This document shows positions 24,700 to 37,698 of a stretch of DNA of 64,000 nt, in pieces. Position numbers and translations under genes: made by a program. This DNA is from Hypanus sabinus (taxonomy: Eukaryota). Below the pieces are notes generated by a model. It saw only the letters and a program-made list of their open reading frames with translations, was not told the origin of the DNA and made no database searches. Positions within the stretch are counted from its first letter, which is position 1, and every line of letters starts with the position of its first letter. The DNA is taken from NCBI RefSeq assembly GCF_030144855.1, contig NC_082710.1:165540001-165604000 (forward strand). The letters run 5' to 3'.

Positions 24700-25420
24700 A
24701 GAGGATCATTTTCACACCTGGAAGGTGTTAAAACTAGGGTTCCACAGGGATCAGCTTTGGGGACACTGCTGTTTCTAATTTACATTAATGATTTGGAGAA
24801 GCACTTAACAAATAAACTAGTAAAGTTTGCAGATGGCATAAAATTAGGGGAATGGACCGATTCAGGCAGCAGCATCAATACAGTTAGATCTAAACAAAAT
24901 TCAGATGTGAATAGATAAATGCAGATGAAATTTAATGTAAGTGAATGTAGTTTATTACATATATGAAGTAGAAATATTAGCTATAAATATAAAATGAAGG
25001 TCTTGTTAGAAAGTGCACTGTATCAGAATCAGAATCAAAATAAGAAGGATTCTGTATGAGAAGGACTTGGGGTCCTGGTGGACTCATCACTATCAAAATC
25101 TAGATGATGCACAGAAACAACTAGGAAAGCTAATAGAATACTGGGCTATAAAATGAGTTCAGTGGAGTTCAAGACCAGAGATTTAAGGGGTATAATGCAC
25201 TTGTGAGGCCACACGTTGAGTACTGTGTACAATTTTGGTCTCCATGTTTTGTGAGGGATGTGAAGGCACAGCAAAGAGTTCACAGTAGGGTGACTAGACT
25301 CTTTCCAGGTCTGCAGGGTATGAACTATGAAAAAAGATTGAAAGAATTGAATTTGTTTCAGCCTAAGTAGATGTAGAATGAGAAGAGACATGATAGAAGT
25401 GTTCAAAATCACTAAGGGGG
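24700..25420 (+). mobile_element. Old AT-rich CR1 RT fragment
   Basis: TRVPQGSALGTLLFLIYINDL...KFADG, followed by gaggccacacgttgagtactgtgtacaattttggtctcc (RPHVEYCVQFWSP). Confidence 0.8.
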
Positions 25421-26899
25421 ATTTGAGGTTTTAAGTAGCCAGTGGCTACTAATAAACCAGCTGTAGCCATAAGATTGCACTTGGTCTTAACTTCCAAAGA
25501 ACCTTCTGGACCAGATAACCTCCAGCTCCAACAGCAGCATCTGTGGGAAGGGAAACAGAGTTAATGTTGTTGCAGATGAAGATCCTGCTTTGTGTCAGTT
25601 ACAGAGAGGGAAGAGTGAGGATGAAGAGGGTGGAAGGAAAACCTCTGACATAAAATAAGTTACCTTAAACAGTCTAACAGGAGGGGTGATCGCTTCCCTG
25701 GCAACAGGTTGACTCATTAAAGAGCCTTAAGACTGAGGGCATTTAACACCTGTGAAAATAGCAACCAAGGGCTCAGGAAGTGCTGAGATCGTACTGCAAA
25801 TAAGAGAAAAAAATGAACTAATATCATAGAGCTTCCTCCATTAACGTCAATCAGCACTATTGTCATTACCAGCTTGTCAGAGGTGATGCTCAATGTTTTA
25901 GGAACTGTTTCTTCCCTCTGAAATCAGATTTCTGACTCATTTCATGAACTCATGAACACCACCTCACTAATCCTCTTTTGCACCATTTATTTTTTATCAT
26001 GAAGATATTTTTTTCACTGTCCTGCTGCCACAACAACTTCCACAAAACGTGTCAGACAATGAACCTCTTGATTCTAAGATGGGTAATATCTCTATCCATC
26101 TCCACACTTAATTTAGGTAAAGGCTGCTCTCACAAAGAAAATAAATGAGTAGAATTCATTACTTCTCTTTAATGATTTTGCTCTTGTTTTGAATTCCCAG
26201 TTCTGTTTTTTATTTCAGAACAATAAAACTGATGTTTATTGTTATGACGGAAGCTAGATTTCTGCTTTCACAAATTGTCCTTTTGCATTTGTGATAATGT
26301 CAAGTAAAATGACAAAATGACCCACTGACAAAAGGCTAGAAATACATTTCCCAAAGCATAAACCATTGTAAAATTTATATATCAAGATTAGAAAAAATCT
26401 GCAAACAATGATTACATCAGAATTAGCAAGTTTGAGGTAAATAGTGGCATCGCAGATTATCTGAAGGACATCTCAATGTTCCCTGGTGACACCTCAGTGT
26501 GATGCCACAATCATGTGAGAACAGACATTTCTGCCCTTGTGACTGTTGATACATAAACCAATGCATTGACTGTAGCGCTGTCTCAAAACAGCAACTGTCA
26601 CATCATGGGTCAGCGATGATGAATCTGATTCTGAACTGGAAGTCATAGTTCCATCATAAGAGTTTGCCCATTTAAAGTAGAGCTGGGGAGGAATTTCTGC
26701 ATTCAGAGTCTTGTTGATCTGTGGAATTCAGAAAGTCGAGATCCGTAGAGACTGACTTCTCGCGGAGATGGACATATTTATATTCGGTCAGGGAAGTCGA
26801 AGAGAGCGGGGAGTAGGCTGGGAAATGGAATTGCCAAAATCAGGTCAGCAACGATCCTGTTGAATGATCGAGTAGGTTTGACAGACCACATTGATTGGT

Positions 26900-27680
26900 C
26901 TACACTATTAACAATTGGCCTAATCTCAAATAATAATAAGGCAGCCTACAGAAAGGAAGTCATCACCCGGACAGTGGTGTCAAGAAAACAATCTCTCCCT
27001 CAATGTCGCAAAAATAAAGGAGCTGGTTGTGGACTACAGGAGGAATGGAGACAGGCAATGGATCTGGGGTTGAGAGGGTGAACAGCTTTAAGTTCCTCAG
27101 CATAAACATCACCGAGGATCTTGTGCTGTCTGTACATACCAGCCAGGAGGTGAAAAAGGCACACAACCTCAAAAATGAAGGAATTTGGTATGGCCCCCAA
27201 AGTCTAAGAACTTTCCTCAGGGGCACGATTGAGAGCATCCTGACTGGCTGCATCACTGCCTGGTATGGAAACTGTATTTCCCTCAATCACAGGACTCTGC
27301 AGAATGTAGTGCGGACAGCCCAGCGCATCTATAGATGTGAACTTCCCATTATTCAGGACATTTACAAAGACAGGTGTGTAAAAAGGGCCTGAAGGATCAT
27401 GGAGACCCAAGTCACCCCAACCATAAACTGTTCCAGCCGCTACACCTGGGATATGGTACCGCAGCATAATAGCCAGGACCAGCTTTTTCCACCAGGCCAT
27501 CAGACTGCTTAATTCATGCTGATGCAACTGTATTTCTATGTTATATTGACTTGTACATAATATTTATTATAAATTACTAGAATTGTACATTGCACATTTA
27601 GACGGAGATGTAATGTGAAGACTTTTACCTTTCATGTACATGAAGGATGTAAGTAATAAATCCAATTCAGTTCAATTCAT
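26900..27680 (+). mobile_element. Rex1/Babar-type LINE 3' fragment
   Basis: VERVNSFKFLSINITEDL and FLRGTIESILTGCITAWYGNC motifs; 3' tail aataaatccaattcagttcaattca. Confidence 0.8.
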
Positions 27681-27899
27681 AGGTTCCTTCTGCACTTATT
27701 ACTTGTGTATAAAGTTACATAATGGAATGAAGTCATGCAATCACTAAAAAAAGACAATGATTTAAGATTCCATGCCTCGCTGGAATGGATACAAACATTA
27801 CTTAACTAAAGTGCAAGTCCAGCCATTAATGCTTGTAATGATAATGCAAAGGAATATGGGCATATAATCATTAGGTACACTTGCTTGTTAATCCAAGTG

Positions 27900-28855
27900 G
27901 GGTTAATAGGGATATCTACAATAGATATAGGCAACATGGAGTAAAGGAATTGCTCGAGGAATATAAAGAATGTAAAAGGAATCTTAAGAAAGAGATTAGA
28001 AAAGCTAAAAGAAGATACGAGGTTGGTTTGGCAAATAAGGTGAAAGTAAGGTTCTACATAAGGTTCTACATTTTGGCAGGAATAATCCAAATAGAACATA
28101 CAGGGTAAATGGTAGGGCATTGAGGAATGCAGAGGAACAGAGAGATCTAGGAATAACAGTGCATAGTTCCCTGAAGGTGGAGTATCATGTAGATAGGGTG
28201 GTGAAGAAGGCTTTTGGAACGTTGGCCTTTATAAATCAAAGCATTGAGTACAGAAGTTGGGATGTAATGTTAAAATTGTACAAGGCATTGGTAAGGCCAA
28301 ATTTGGAATATTGTGTGCAGTTCTGGTCACCGAATTATAGGAAAGATATCAATAAATTAGAGAGAGTGCAGAGACGATTTACTAGGATGTTACCTGGGTT
28401 TCAGCACTTAAGTTACAGAGAAAGGTTGAACAAGTTAGGTCTCTATTCATTGGAGCGTAGAAGGTTGAGGGGGGATTTGATCGAGGTATTTAAAATTTTG
28501 AGAGGGATAGATAGAGTTGACGTGAATAGGCTGTTTCCATTGAGAGTAGGGGATATTCAAACGAGAGGACATGATTTGAGAGTTAGGGGGCAGAAGTTTA
28601 AGGGAAGCACGAGGGGGTATTTCTTTACTCAGAGAGTGATAGCTGTGTGGAATGAGCTTCCTGTAGAAGTAGTAGAGGCCAGTTCAGTTGTGTCATTTAA
28701 GGTAAAATTAGATAGGTATATGGACAGGAAAGGAGCGGAGCGTTATGGGCTAAGTGCGGGTAGGTGGGACTAGGTGAGATTAAGAGTTCGGCACGGACTA
28801 GGAGGGCTGAGATGGCCTGTTTCCGTACTGTGATTGCTATATGTTATATGGTTAT
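27900..28855 (+). mobile_element. CR1 LINE 3' portion with an internal deletion; ORF2 C-terminus open for 217 aa
   Basis: ORF 28120-28773 contains LYKALVRPNLEYCVQFWSP and RRRLRGDLIEVFKI; tgttatatggttat tail. Confidence 0.93.
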
Positions 28856-28856
28856 A

Positions 28857-29294
28857 ATGCAAATATCTAATCAGGCAATCATGCGGCAGGAACTGCATAA
28901 GTGCAGTAGACATGGTCAAGAGGTTCAGTTGTTGTTCAACTAAACATCAGAACGGGGAAGGAATGTAAGCTCTGCGGCTGACCATGGAATGATTGGAGGT
29001 TATTGTTTGAATTTCTTAGAATTTGCTGATCCCCTAAGATTTTCATCTAAAGTTTACAGAGAATGCTGTTAGAAACAAAAAAAAACTAGTGAATTGCAGT
29101 TGTTGTCGAGAGGTCAAGAGAATAGCCAGACCAGATCAAGCTGACAGGAAGGCAACAGTGGCTCAATAACCGCACGTTACAACAGTGGTGTGCAAAAGAT
29201 CATTGCTGAATGCACAACACGCCAGACCTAGAAATGGATGGGCGACAGCAGCAGAAGACCACAAACATACATGCAGTGACCACTTTATAAGTAC
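28857..29294 (+). mobile_element. Tc1/mariner-like non-autonomous element remnant
   Basis: Shares atgcaaatatctaatcag...atggtcaagaggttcagttgttgttca with 7150-7458 (opposite strand) and ends near the TIR-like gtgaccactttataagtac. Confidence 0.65.
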
Positions 29295-30085
29295 ATTGAG
29301 TATAGAAGTGCTGTGACTAGATTGGAACTATCCAGTTCAGCATAACGCGATGAAACAAATGTGCTAAACTTTGTTTTAATAATGAGATCTGTGAGCACAA
29401 AGCAGAACAGAGAGCCATACAGCAAGGACAAGGACCCTTTGGTCAATGCTAACCAAGGTGCACGAGAAAGATCCCAGGAATGAGGTTAATATATGAGGAG
29501 CACTTGAGATGGCTCTTGGGCTTGAGATGTACTCGCTACAGTTTCGAAGAATGAGGGGGGAATCTGACTGAAACTTAACAAATATTGAAAGGCAGAGATA
29601 GAGTGGACGTGGAGAGGATGTTTCCAACATTGTTGATTATGTGTCTTCAGGCTCCCGTACCTCCTTCATGATGGTAGTAATAAGAAAGCATGCCTAGGTG
29701 ATGGGTGACCAAAGGTGATGCCTTACCGGCATCCTGCACAACCACAGCATGGCCTTTCAACTTCTGATGTAATGCCCTGAAGATCAGCATGCCAAAACCC
29801 CTCTTCAGCATCCTGTCTACCTGTCAGCGAAACATGCACATGCATTCCAAGATCCTCCTGTTCCAGAACGTCTCGCAGGGTTCTGCTGGTCACTGTGGAA
29901 GTCCTACCTCAATTTTAATTTCCAAAATGCAGTATCTCGCACTTCTCCAATGTCAGCCAAAACGTCAGTGGAACTATCAGGTGGCCTATTAAAAACTCAA
30001 CCACTGTACTAAAGCCTTTTAAGGAAAAGAAATTCACTGTTGCATTCAGCCTAACCTTTCTGTGGCATCAGCATTCAGATCCATA

Positions 30086-33000
30086 TAGAAAACATAGAAA
30101 CATACAGCACAATACAGGCCCTTTGGCCCACAAAGTTGTGCCGAACATGTCCCTACCTTAGAAATTACTAGGCTTACCTATAGCCCTCTATTTTACTAAG
30201 CTCCATGGACCTATCCAATAGTCTCTTAAAAGACCCTATTGTATCCGCCTCCACAACTCTTGCCAGCAGCCCATTCCACACACTCACCACTCTCTGAGTA
30301 AAAAACTTACCCCTGACATCTCCTCTGTACCTACTCCCCAGCACCTTAAACCTGTGCCCTCTTGTGGCAACCATTTCAGCCCTGGGAAAAAGCCTCTGAC
30401 TATCCACTCGTTCAATGCCTCTCATCATTTTATACACATCTTCCGCTACTCCAAGGAGAAAAGGCCGAGTTCACTCAACCTACTCTCATAAGACATGCTT
30501 CCCAATCCAGGCAACATCCTTGTAAATCTCCTCCGCACCCTCCAATCTTTGTGTCATCAGCAAACTTACTAACCCATCCATCCACTTCGTCATCCAGGTT
30601 ACTTATAAAAAACACAAAGAGTAAGGGTCCCAGAACAGATCCCTGAGGCACTGCGCTGGTGACTGAAATACACTTTGCCTTCTGTGGGCAAGCCATTTCT
30701 GGATTCACAAAGCAATGTCCCCTTGGATCCCATGCCTCCTTACTTTCTCAATAAGCCTTACATGGGATACCTTATCAAATGCCTTGTTGAAATCCATATA
30801 TACTACATTTACTACTGTTCCTTCATCAATGTGTTTAGTCACATCCTCAAAAAATTCAATCAGGCTCGTAAGGCATGACCTGCCTTTGACAGAGCCATGC
30901 TGACTACCCCTAATCATATTATACCTCTCCAAATGTACATAAGTCCTGCCTCTCAGGATCTTCTCCATCAACTTACCAACCACTGAGACTCACTGCTCTA
31001 TAATTTCCTGGGCTATCTCTACTCCCTTTCTTGAATAAAGGAACAACATCCACAACCCTCCAGAACCTCTCCCATCCCCATTGATGATGCAAAGATCATT
31101 GCCAGAGGCTCAGCAATCTCCTCCCTTGCCTCCCACAGCAGCCTGGGGTACATCTCATCCGGTCCCGGCGACTTATCCAACTTGACGCTTTCCAAAAGCT
31201 CCAGCACATCCTCCTTCTTAATATCTACATGCTCAAGCTTTTCAGTCCGCTGCAAGTCACCACTACAATCACTAAGATCCTTTTCCATAGTGAACACTGA
31301 AGTAAAGTTTTAAGTACCTCTGCTATTTTCTTCGGTTCCATACATACTTTTCCACTGTCACGCTCAATAGGTCCTATTCTCTCATATCTTATCCTCTTGC
31401 TCTTCACATACTTGTAGAATGCCTTGGTGTTTTCTTAATACTATTCGCCAAGGCCTTCTCATGGCCCTTTCTGGCTCTCCTAATTTCATTCGTAAGCTCC
31501 TTCCTGTTAGCCTTATATTCTTCTAGATCTCTAACATTACCTAGCTCTCTGAACCTTTTGTAAGCTTTTCTTTTCTTCTTGACTAGATTTATTACAGCCT
31601 TTGTACACTACGGTTCCTGTACCCTACCATAACTTCCCTGTCTCAATGGAACATACCTATACAGAACTCTTCACAAAAATACCCTGAATATTTGCCACAT
31701 TTCTTCCATACTTTTCCCTGAGAACATGTGTTTCTAATTTAAGCCTCCAATTTCCTGCCTGATAGCCTCATAATTCCCCTTACTCCAATTAAACACTTCT
31801 CTAACTTGTTCGTTCCTGTCTCCCTCCAATGCTGTTGTAAAGGAGATAGAATTATGATCACTGTCTCCAAAATGCTCTCCCCAGAGAGATCTGACACCTG
31901 TCCAGGTTCATTTTCCAATACCAAATCAAATACAGCCTCTCTTCTTATCTACATACTGTGTCAAAAAGATCTTCCTGAACACACCTGACAAACTCCACCC
32001 TACCTAAACCCCTTGCTCTTGGGAGATACCAATCGATATTTGGGAAATTAAAATCTCCCATCACAACAACCCTGCTATTATTACACCTTTCCAGGATCTG
32101 TTTCCCTCTCTGCTCCTCGATATCCCTGTTACTATTGTGCAGCCTATAAAAAATACCCAGTGAAGTTATTGACCCCTTCCTGTTCCTAACCTCCACCCAC
32201 AGAGACTCCGTAGACAATCCCTCCATGGCGTCCACCTTTTCTGCAGCCGTAGCACTATTTCTGATCAGCAGTCCCATGCCCCCACCGCTTTTGCCTCCCT
32301 CCCTATCCTTTCTGAAACATATAAAACTTGGCACTTGAACTAACCATTCCTGTCCCTGAGCCATCCAAGTCTCTGCATTGACTACCACATCATAACTCCA
32401 AGTACTGATCCACACTCTAAGCTCAGCCTCTTTGTTCACTTCTTGTGATAAATTAGACACATCTGAAGCCTTCGGTCTGAGCGCTTCCCTTCTCTATCCC
32501 CTGCCGATCCTCCCTCTCACACTGTCTGCAAGTTTTCTCTATTTGTGAGCCAACCTCCTCTTCCCCAGTCTCTTCAGTTCGGTTCCCACCACCCAACAAT
32601 TCGAGTTTAAACTCTCCCCAGTAGCCTTTGCAAACCTCCCCGCCAGAATACTGGTCCCCCCGGGACCCAAGTGCAACCTAAGTACAGGTCACACCTGCCT
32701 CAAAAGTGGTCCCAATGATCCAGAAATTTGAATCCCTGCCCCCTGCTCCAATCCCTCAGCCACGCATTTATCCTCCACCTCATCCTATTCCTACTGTCAC
32801 TGTCCTGTGGCACAGGTAGTAATCCCGAGATTACTACCTTTGTGGTCCTGCTTCTCAACTTCCTTATTAACTCCCTGTAGTCTTTTTTCAGGATATCTTC
32901 CCTTTTCCTACCTATGTCTTTGGAACCAATATGTACCACGACCTCTGGCTCCCTCCCACTGCAGGATATCTTGAACACAATCTGAAACATCCCGGACCCT

Positions 33001-33365
33001 GGCACCTGGGAGGCAAACTACCATTCAAGTTTCTTTCCTACGTCCACAGAATCTCCTGTCTGACCTCCTAACTATAGAGTCCCCTATCACTACTGCCTTC
33101 CTCTTCCCTTCTCTACCCTTCAGAGCCACATGGCCAGACTTTGTGCCAGAGGCACAGCTACTGTCACTTCCCCCAGGTAGGTTGTCACCCCCAACAGTAC
33201 TCAAACCAGGAGTACTTATTATCAAGGGGTACAGCCAAAGGAGTACTCTCTAGTACCTGACTCTTCTTCCTCTCCTCCTGACTGTGACCCACTTGTCCGT
33301 CTCCTATGGCCCCGGTGTGACCACCTGCCTCTAACTCCTCTCTGTCACCTCCTCGCTCTCCCTGA
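30086..33365 (-). mobile_element. CR1 LINE retaining ORF1 (SGNH esterase) plus APE, RT and 3' tail, internally deleted
   Basis: Minus-strand KAVVIGDSIVRR, PEVVVHIGSKDIG, SYDVVVNAETW, VMGDFNFPNIDW, VPQGSVLGPLLF and SKFADDTK; the 3' tail lies at 30086. Confidence 0.92.
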
Positions 33366-34991
33366 CCGGGCCGGTGATAATTGTGGTTGATTCAAAGCTC
33401 CACAAAGTGACCAGGAAGACATTTGGTTCGTGTAATTAGGAATAAGAAAGGGATGTTGGTCTTGCTACGGGATTTGGCATGGTGTGAATGGTTATGAACT
33501 ACAGATCTGACAGTTTCATGCTGATTAAAACACTGACTTTTCACTGGTGTCAACAATCTACCTTCTGAATGACAAGACTTGCAAACTCCTTGCCAGCTCA
33601 GAGAAAAATAAACTAGCAAGAAACCATCAAAGTGAACACATTTCCTATATAGCAACAGCGACAGGTAACGCATGTCATAGAATCAGAGCTGGCCTCTTCT
33701 ACACTTGTATGGACATATAAAATATGAATATGGACACTGATCTCTGCAAGGAGTTCAATGCTGACTACCCGCCAATACTGGATGAATCAATTTGATTGTC
33801 TCAATTGTGCCTTTGAATGCATAATGACATGCCAGATGAGATACCCATATGGTACATTGCAAAGTCACAGAGATGGCTTGGATTGGGTACACAGCCTTCT
33901 AAAGGGGGAGGGTGAGCAGCCAGACGTCTTGGTACATATCGACACCAATGGAAAAGGAAGGAAGTCCCAAGGAGAGGACACAGGGAGCCAGGTAGAAAGC
34001 TGAAAAGCAAGAGCTTAGTGGTAGTAATCTCTGGACTATGCACCAGTGAGGGTAAGAATAGGATGATTTGGCACGTTAATACTTGGCTGAGCAACAAGTG
34101 CAGGAGGTAGGTTTTCAGATTTCTGGATCATTGGAACCTCTTCTGGGGAAGGTATGACCTGTACAAAAAGGACTGGTTTCACCTGAACTGATGGAGACCA
34201 ATATCCTTGCGGGCAGATTAGCTAGAATTGTTAGGGAGAGTTTAAACTAATTTGGCAGGGGAATAGGAAGCTGAATTATAGGATGGAGGATGGGGCAGTT
34301 CATATACAAGCAGAGGCAGTATGCAGTGAGATCGCCAGAAAGGACAAGCAGATGATAGGGCAAAATTACAATCAGTGATTGCAGTCCAACAGAGGACAAA
34401 ATTAAAAAGGGTGATGAGTACAGGAATGAAGGCATTATATTTGAATGCATGCAGTATACAAAATAAGGTAAATGATCTTGTAGCAGTTAGAGATTAGCAG
34501 GTATGACATGTGCATCAGTGAGCCATGGGTGAAAGGTTAAAGCTGGAAGGTTAACATCCAAAAATACACATTGTATTGAAAGAATAGGCAAGTAGGCCGA
34601 AGGACTGGCTCGGTTGGTAAGAAATGAAATAAAATCCTTCAAGGTGACATGGGATCAAAATATGTAAAATTGATGTGGGTAGAGTTAAGAAACTGCACTG
34701 GTTAATATTGTCTATATTTATAGAGACAATAACCAGCATGTGGGTGACAAAGGGGGCAGGAGATAAAAAATGCTTGTCAAAAGGGCAATGTTATGATATC
34801 CATGGGGGATTTGAAAAATCAGGTTGGTGCAGATTTTGAAGGTCAAGAGAGAGAATTTGGGGAAAGCATACAATGTGACTTTTTAGGGCAGCATCCCCTA
34901 GGGCGGGGGTCGGCAACCCGCGGCTCCAGAGCCACATGTGGCTCTTTTACGTCTGTGCTGCGGCTCCCTGTTGCTTTGGGAAATAATTGGT

Positions 34992-35206
34992 TGTGGCGAC
35001 CCTTTTCCTGGCACATCCGAACCGACTCACAATTAGATAGCCTACGGGGGTTTGCGAGCACAGAGCTTTGGAGCCTCTGCGCCATGGGGGGCAGGTTGAG
35101 GGAGGCTTAAAAGTGAGGCTGAAGATTTCGAATAAAGTTTTTTCCTTCGACTGCAGTTACCGACTCAGTGTCATAATTTTAGCGCTGTGTGTAGCACACC
35201 ACTACA
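34992..35206 (+). mobile_element. Mini solo LTR #1 (215 bp) nested in the hAT
   Basis: Termini TGTGGCG...CACTACA; 4-bp TSD TGGT (34988-34991 and 35207-35210); cttaaaag TATA-like motif; AATAAA at 35131. Confidence 0.8.
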
Positions 35207-35311
35207 TGGTCAGTATTTAATTAAAATGTATTTTATGTTGGTTTGTTAGTTTTTGAAATGTAAATCTAAATTTGAAGATTATGGTGATCTTGTACAATCT
35301 AAATAAGACGT

Positions 35312-35529
35312 TGTGGCGACCCATTTCCTGACACATCCGAACCGGCTCACAATTAGCCAGCGTTCAGGCTAAGGGAGATAGCCTACGGGAGTTTGTGAGT
35401 ACGTGTCTTTTGCAGCATCCGCGCCCATGGGGGGGGGCGGGTTGAGGGAGGCTTAAAAGCAAGGCTGTTTAGTTCGAATAAAGCTATCTTTGACTGCAGT
35501 TTACTGACTGCGTGTGGCACACCGCTACA
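35312..35529 (+). mobile_element. Mini solo LTR #2 (218 bp) nested in the hAT, related to #1
   Basis: Termini TGTGGCG...CGCTACA; 4-bp TSD ACGT (35308-35311 and 35530-35533); cttaaaag motif; AATAAA at 35477. Confidence 0.8.
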
Positions 35530-35539
35530 ACGTGTTTTT

Positions 35540-36030
35540 ATCGCTGGCTGTCCAGAGGGGAGGTGCTGAAACGCTTTGTCGCGTGTCTGGAAGAAGTGAA
35601 AACTTTCCTGGGCAGCAAAGGGCTCAACTTTCCTGAGCTGGAACAGCCAGAGTGGCTGGAAAAGCTACACTTCATGGTAGACATGACAGTGCACCTGAAC
35701 ACGCTGAACACAGCTCTTCAACGGGGTAAGGACGTACAGCCCTGCACACGTTGGAGGATGTTTTGGCATTCGAGCGCAAGTTGACGTTGCTTGCCAGAGA
35801 TTTACAGAAAGGCACATTGTCTCACTTCCCCAATTTGAGAGAGTTCAAACAAGGTCACAACATGATAAATTCGGAGTATTTTCATTCTACAATCATCGCA
35901 ATGCAAACATCGTTTGGGAAACGCTTCTGTGAGTTCAGAGAGGAAAAAAACACATTATCCTTCCCGGTCACTCCCCTAAGCATCGATCCATCCCTACTGA
36001 ATACGACTGCATTGTCAGGTGAGAGTCAAC
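35540..36030 (+). pseudogene. hAT transposase C-terminal fragment (GTF2IRD2/SPIN-like), frameshifted
   Basis: RWLSRGEVLKRF...HFMVDMTVHLNTLNTALQ, then after a frameshift near 35720, LEDVLAFERKL...LSHFPNL...FGKRFCEF. Confidence 0.88.
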
Positions 36031-37698
36031 CTGACCAAGTATGATAAATATTTTAATTGCCTATTATTTTACGTATATTCATATGTTTTCATTGTTCAGT
36101 GAAATAGTCCTTTTATTTTTCAGGTTGACAGCTGGCTGACGTTATTTTTGGTTTGCTGCTGGCGGCAAATTTAAGTTCGGCGTTTTTCATAAATACAAGA
36201 AGGACTCAAATAGACATTGAGTATTTTACTTCAAAGTAACCTTCAACCCAACGTCTTTTTTTTGGAGTTCAAAATGTTTTTGTTGCATGCAGAAATGTAA
36301 TTTCGTTTTCTCTGCAGGAGATCATCGATTTCATAAATGCAACACATTATAGTTTGTTTATACATAGCATAAAGGCAAAACAAAACGTTGTATGCAGTGT
36401 TATTTCATTTTAAATGTCAAACGGGTTTTGCGGCTCCCAGTGTTTTCTTTTCTGTGGGAAACTGGTCCAAGTGGCTCTTTCAGTGGTAAAGGTTGCTGAC
36501 CCCTGCCCTAGGGGATCCGCTATTGTGGACGATGTTGTGTGATGAGCCCATTTGAACAGGGAGCTAACAGTACAGGAACCCTGAGGAGGCTGTGGTCATA
36601 ACATGAGAGAATTTGCAAACACCAGAGGGCATATGTACAAAATTAAGGGAGGGAAGTTTAGGGGAGACATCAGGGGTAAGTTTTTTACACAGAGGGTTGT
36701 GAGTGCCTGGAATGACTTGCCAGGGATGGTGGTGGAGGCTAAAACATTAGGGGTATTTAAGAGCCTCTTGGACAGGCACATGGATAAAAGAAAGAAAAAT
36801 AGAGGGTAGTGTGGGTTTAGTACTTTTTTTTATGGATTATATGGGTCGGCACAACATGGAGGGTTGAAGGGCCTGTACTGTGCCGTAGTGTTCTATGGTT
36901 CTATGGTAATTCACCCTGCACAAAGCCAACATAAAAGCACAAGATTGGGCATGTAGGAGAGCAAAAATTGATGTGAGATTAGAGGATTGGTAAGCTTTTA
37001 AAAACCTACAGAGGGCAATTAAAAAAGCCATAGATGAAATATGAGGGTAAACTAGCCGATAAGAAACTACTAAAAGTTTATTCAGATATATAGAGAGTAA
37101 GAAAGGTGAGTGTAGATATCAGACCACTGGAAAATGACGCTGCAGAGGAAGTAATGGGGGATAAGGAAATAGCAGATGAACTGAATAAGTATTTTGCATC
37201 AATCATCTTTGTAGAAGACACTAACAGTACGCCGGATGTTCAAGGATGTCAGAGACTGGCTGAAGTATTATTACTAGGGCTAAGCAATCTGAAAGGCCTG
37301 GAGATAAATAAATCCATATGGACTACATCCCAGTATTCTGAAAGAGGTAGCTGAAGATATTGTGGAGGCAACAGTAATGAACTTTCATTCATCTCTAGAT
37401 TCTATCATGGTTCCAGAAGACTGGAAAATTGCAGATGCCACTCCGCTATTCAAGAACAGGGAGAGGCAGGAAAAAGGATATTATCGGAGAGTTAGCCTGA
37501 CCTCAGTGGGTGGAAAGATATTGGAGCTGATTGATAGGGGTTAAAGTTTCAGGATACTTGCAAGTACAATATAAAATAGGCCAAAGTCTGCATCGTTTCC
37601 TGAAAGGAAAATCTTGCCTGACAAATCTGTTGGAATTCTTTGAGGAAATTACCGGCAGGACAAAGTTATATTGGTGAATGTTGTGTGCTTGGAATTTC

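Larger units (their letters stand above)
34904..36505 (+). mobile_element. hAT (Charlie/SPIN-like) DNA transposon, internally deleted, 1602 bp
   Basis: TIRs CGGGGGTCGGCAACC (34904) and GGTTGCTGACCCCTG (ending 36505) match at 13 of 15 positions. Perfect palindromic 8-bp TSD CCCTAGGG at 34896-34903 and 36506-36513. Confidence 0.95.
33850..37690 (+). mobile_element. CR1 LINE (ORF1 esterase to RT), degenerate; host to a hAT insertion and a CR1 3' fragment (36598-36906)
   Basis: GEGEQPDVLVHIDTN, an APE region, ADELNKYFAS and VPEDWKIA motifs. The CR1 sequence is continuous across the hAT TSD. Confidence 0.8.

Noticed and set aside
26060-26116. Leader-like ORF MNLLILRWVISLSISTLNL G|gtaaag
   Set aside because: The ATG lies in a degenerate LINE tail (aataaacctgattct-type), and splicing to the acceptor at 26218 gives an immediate stop.
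33561-33673. Minus-strand signal-peptide-like exon MRYLSLLLYRKCVHFDGFLLVYFSLSWQGVCKSCHSE G|gtagat
   Set aside because: It is in phase 1 and hydrophobic, but I found no downstream minus-strand ectodomain exon in the window. It sits in a small island between two CR1s and may be chance.
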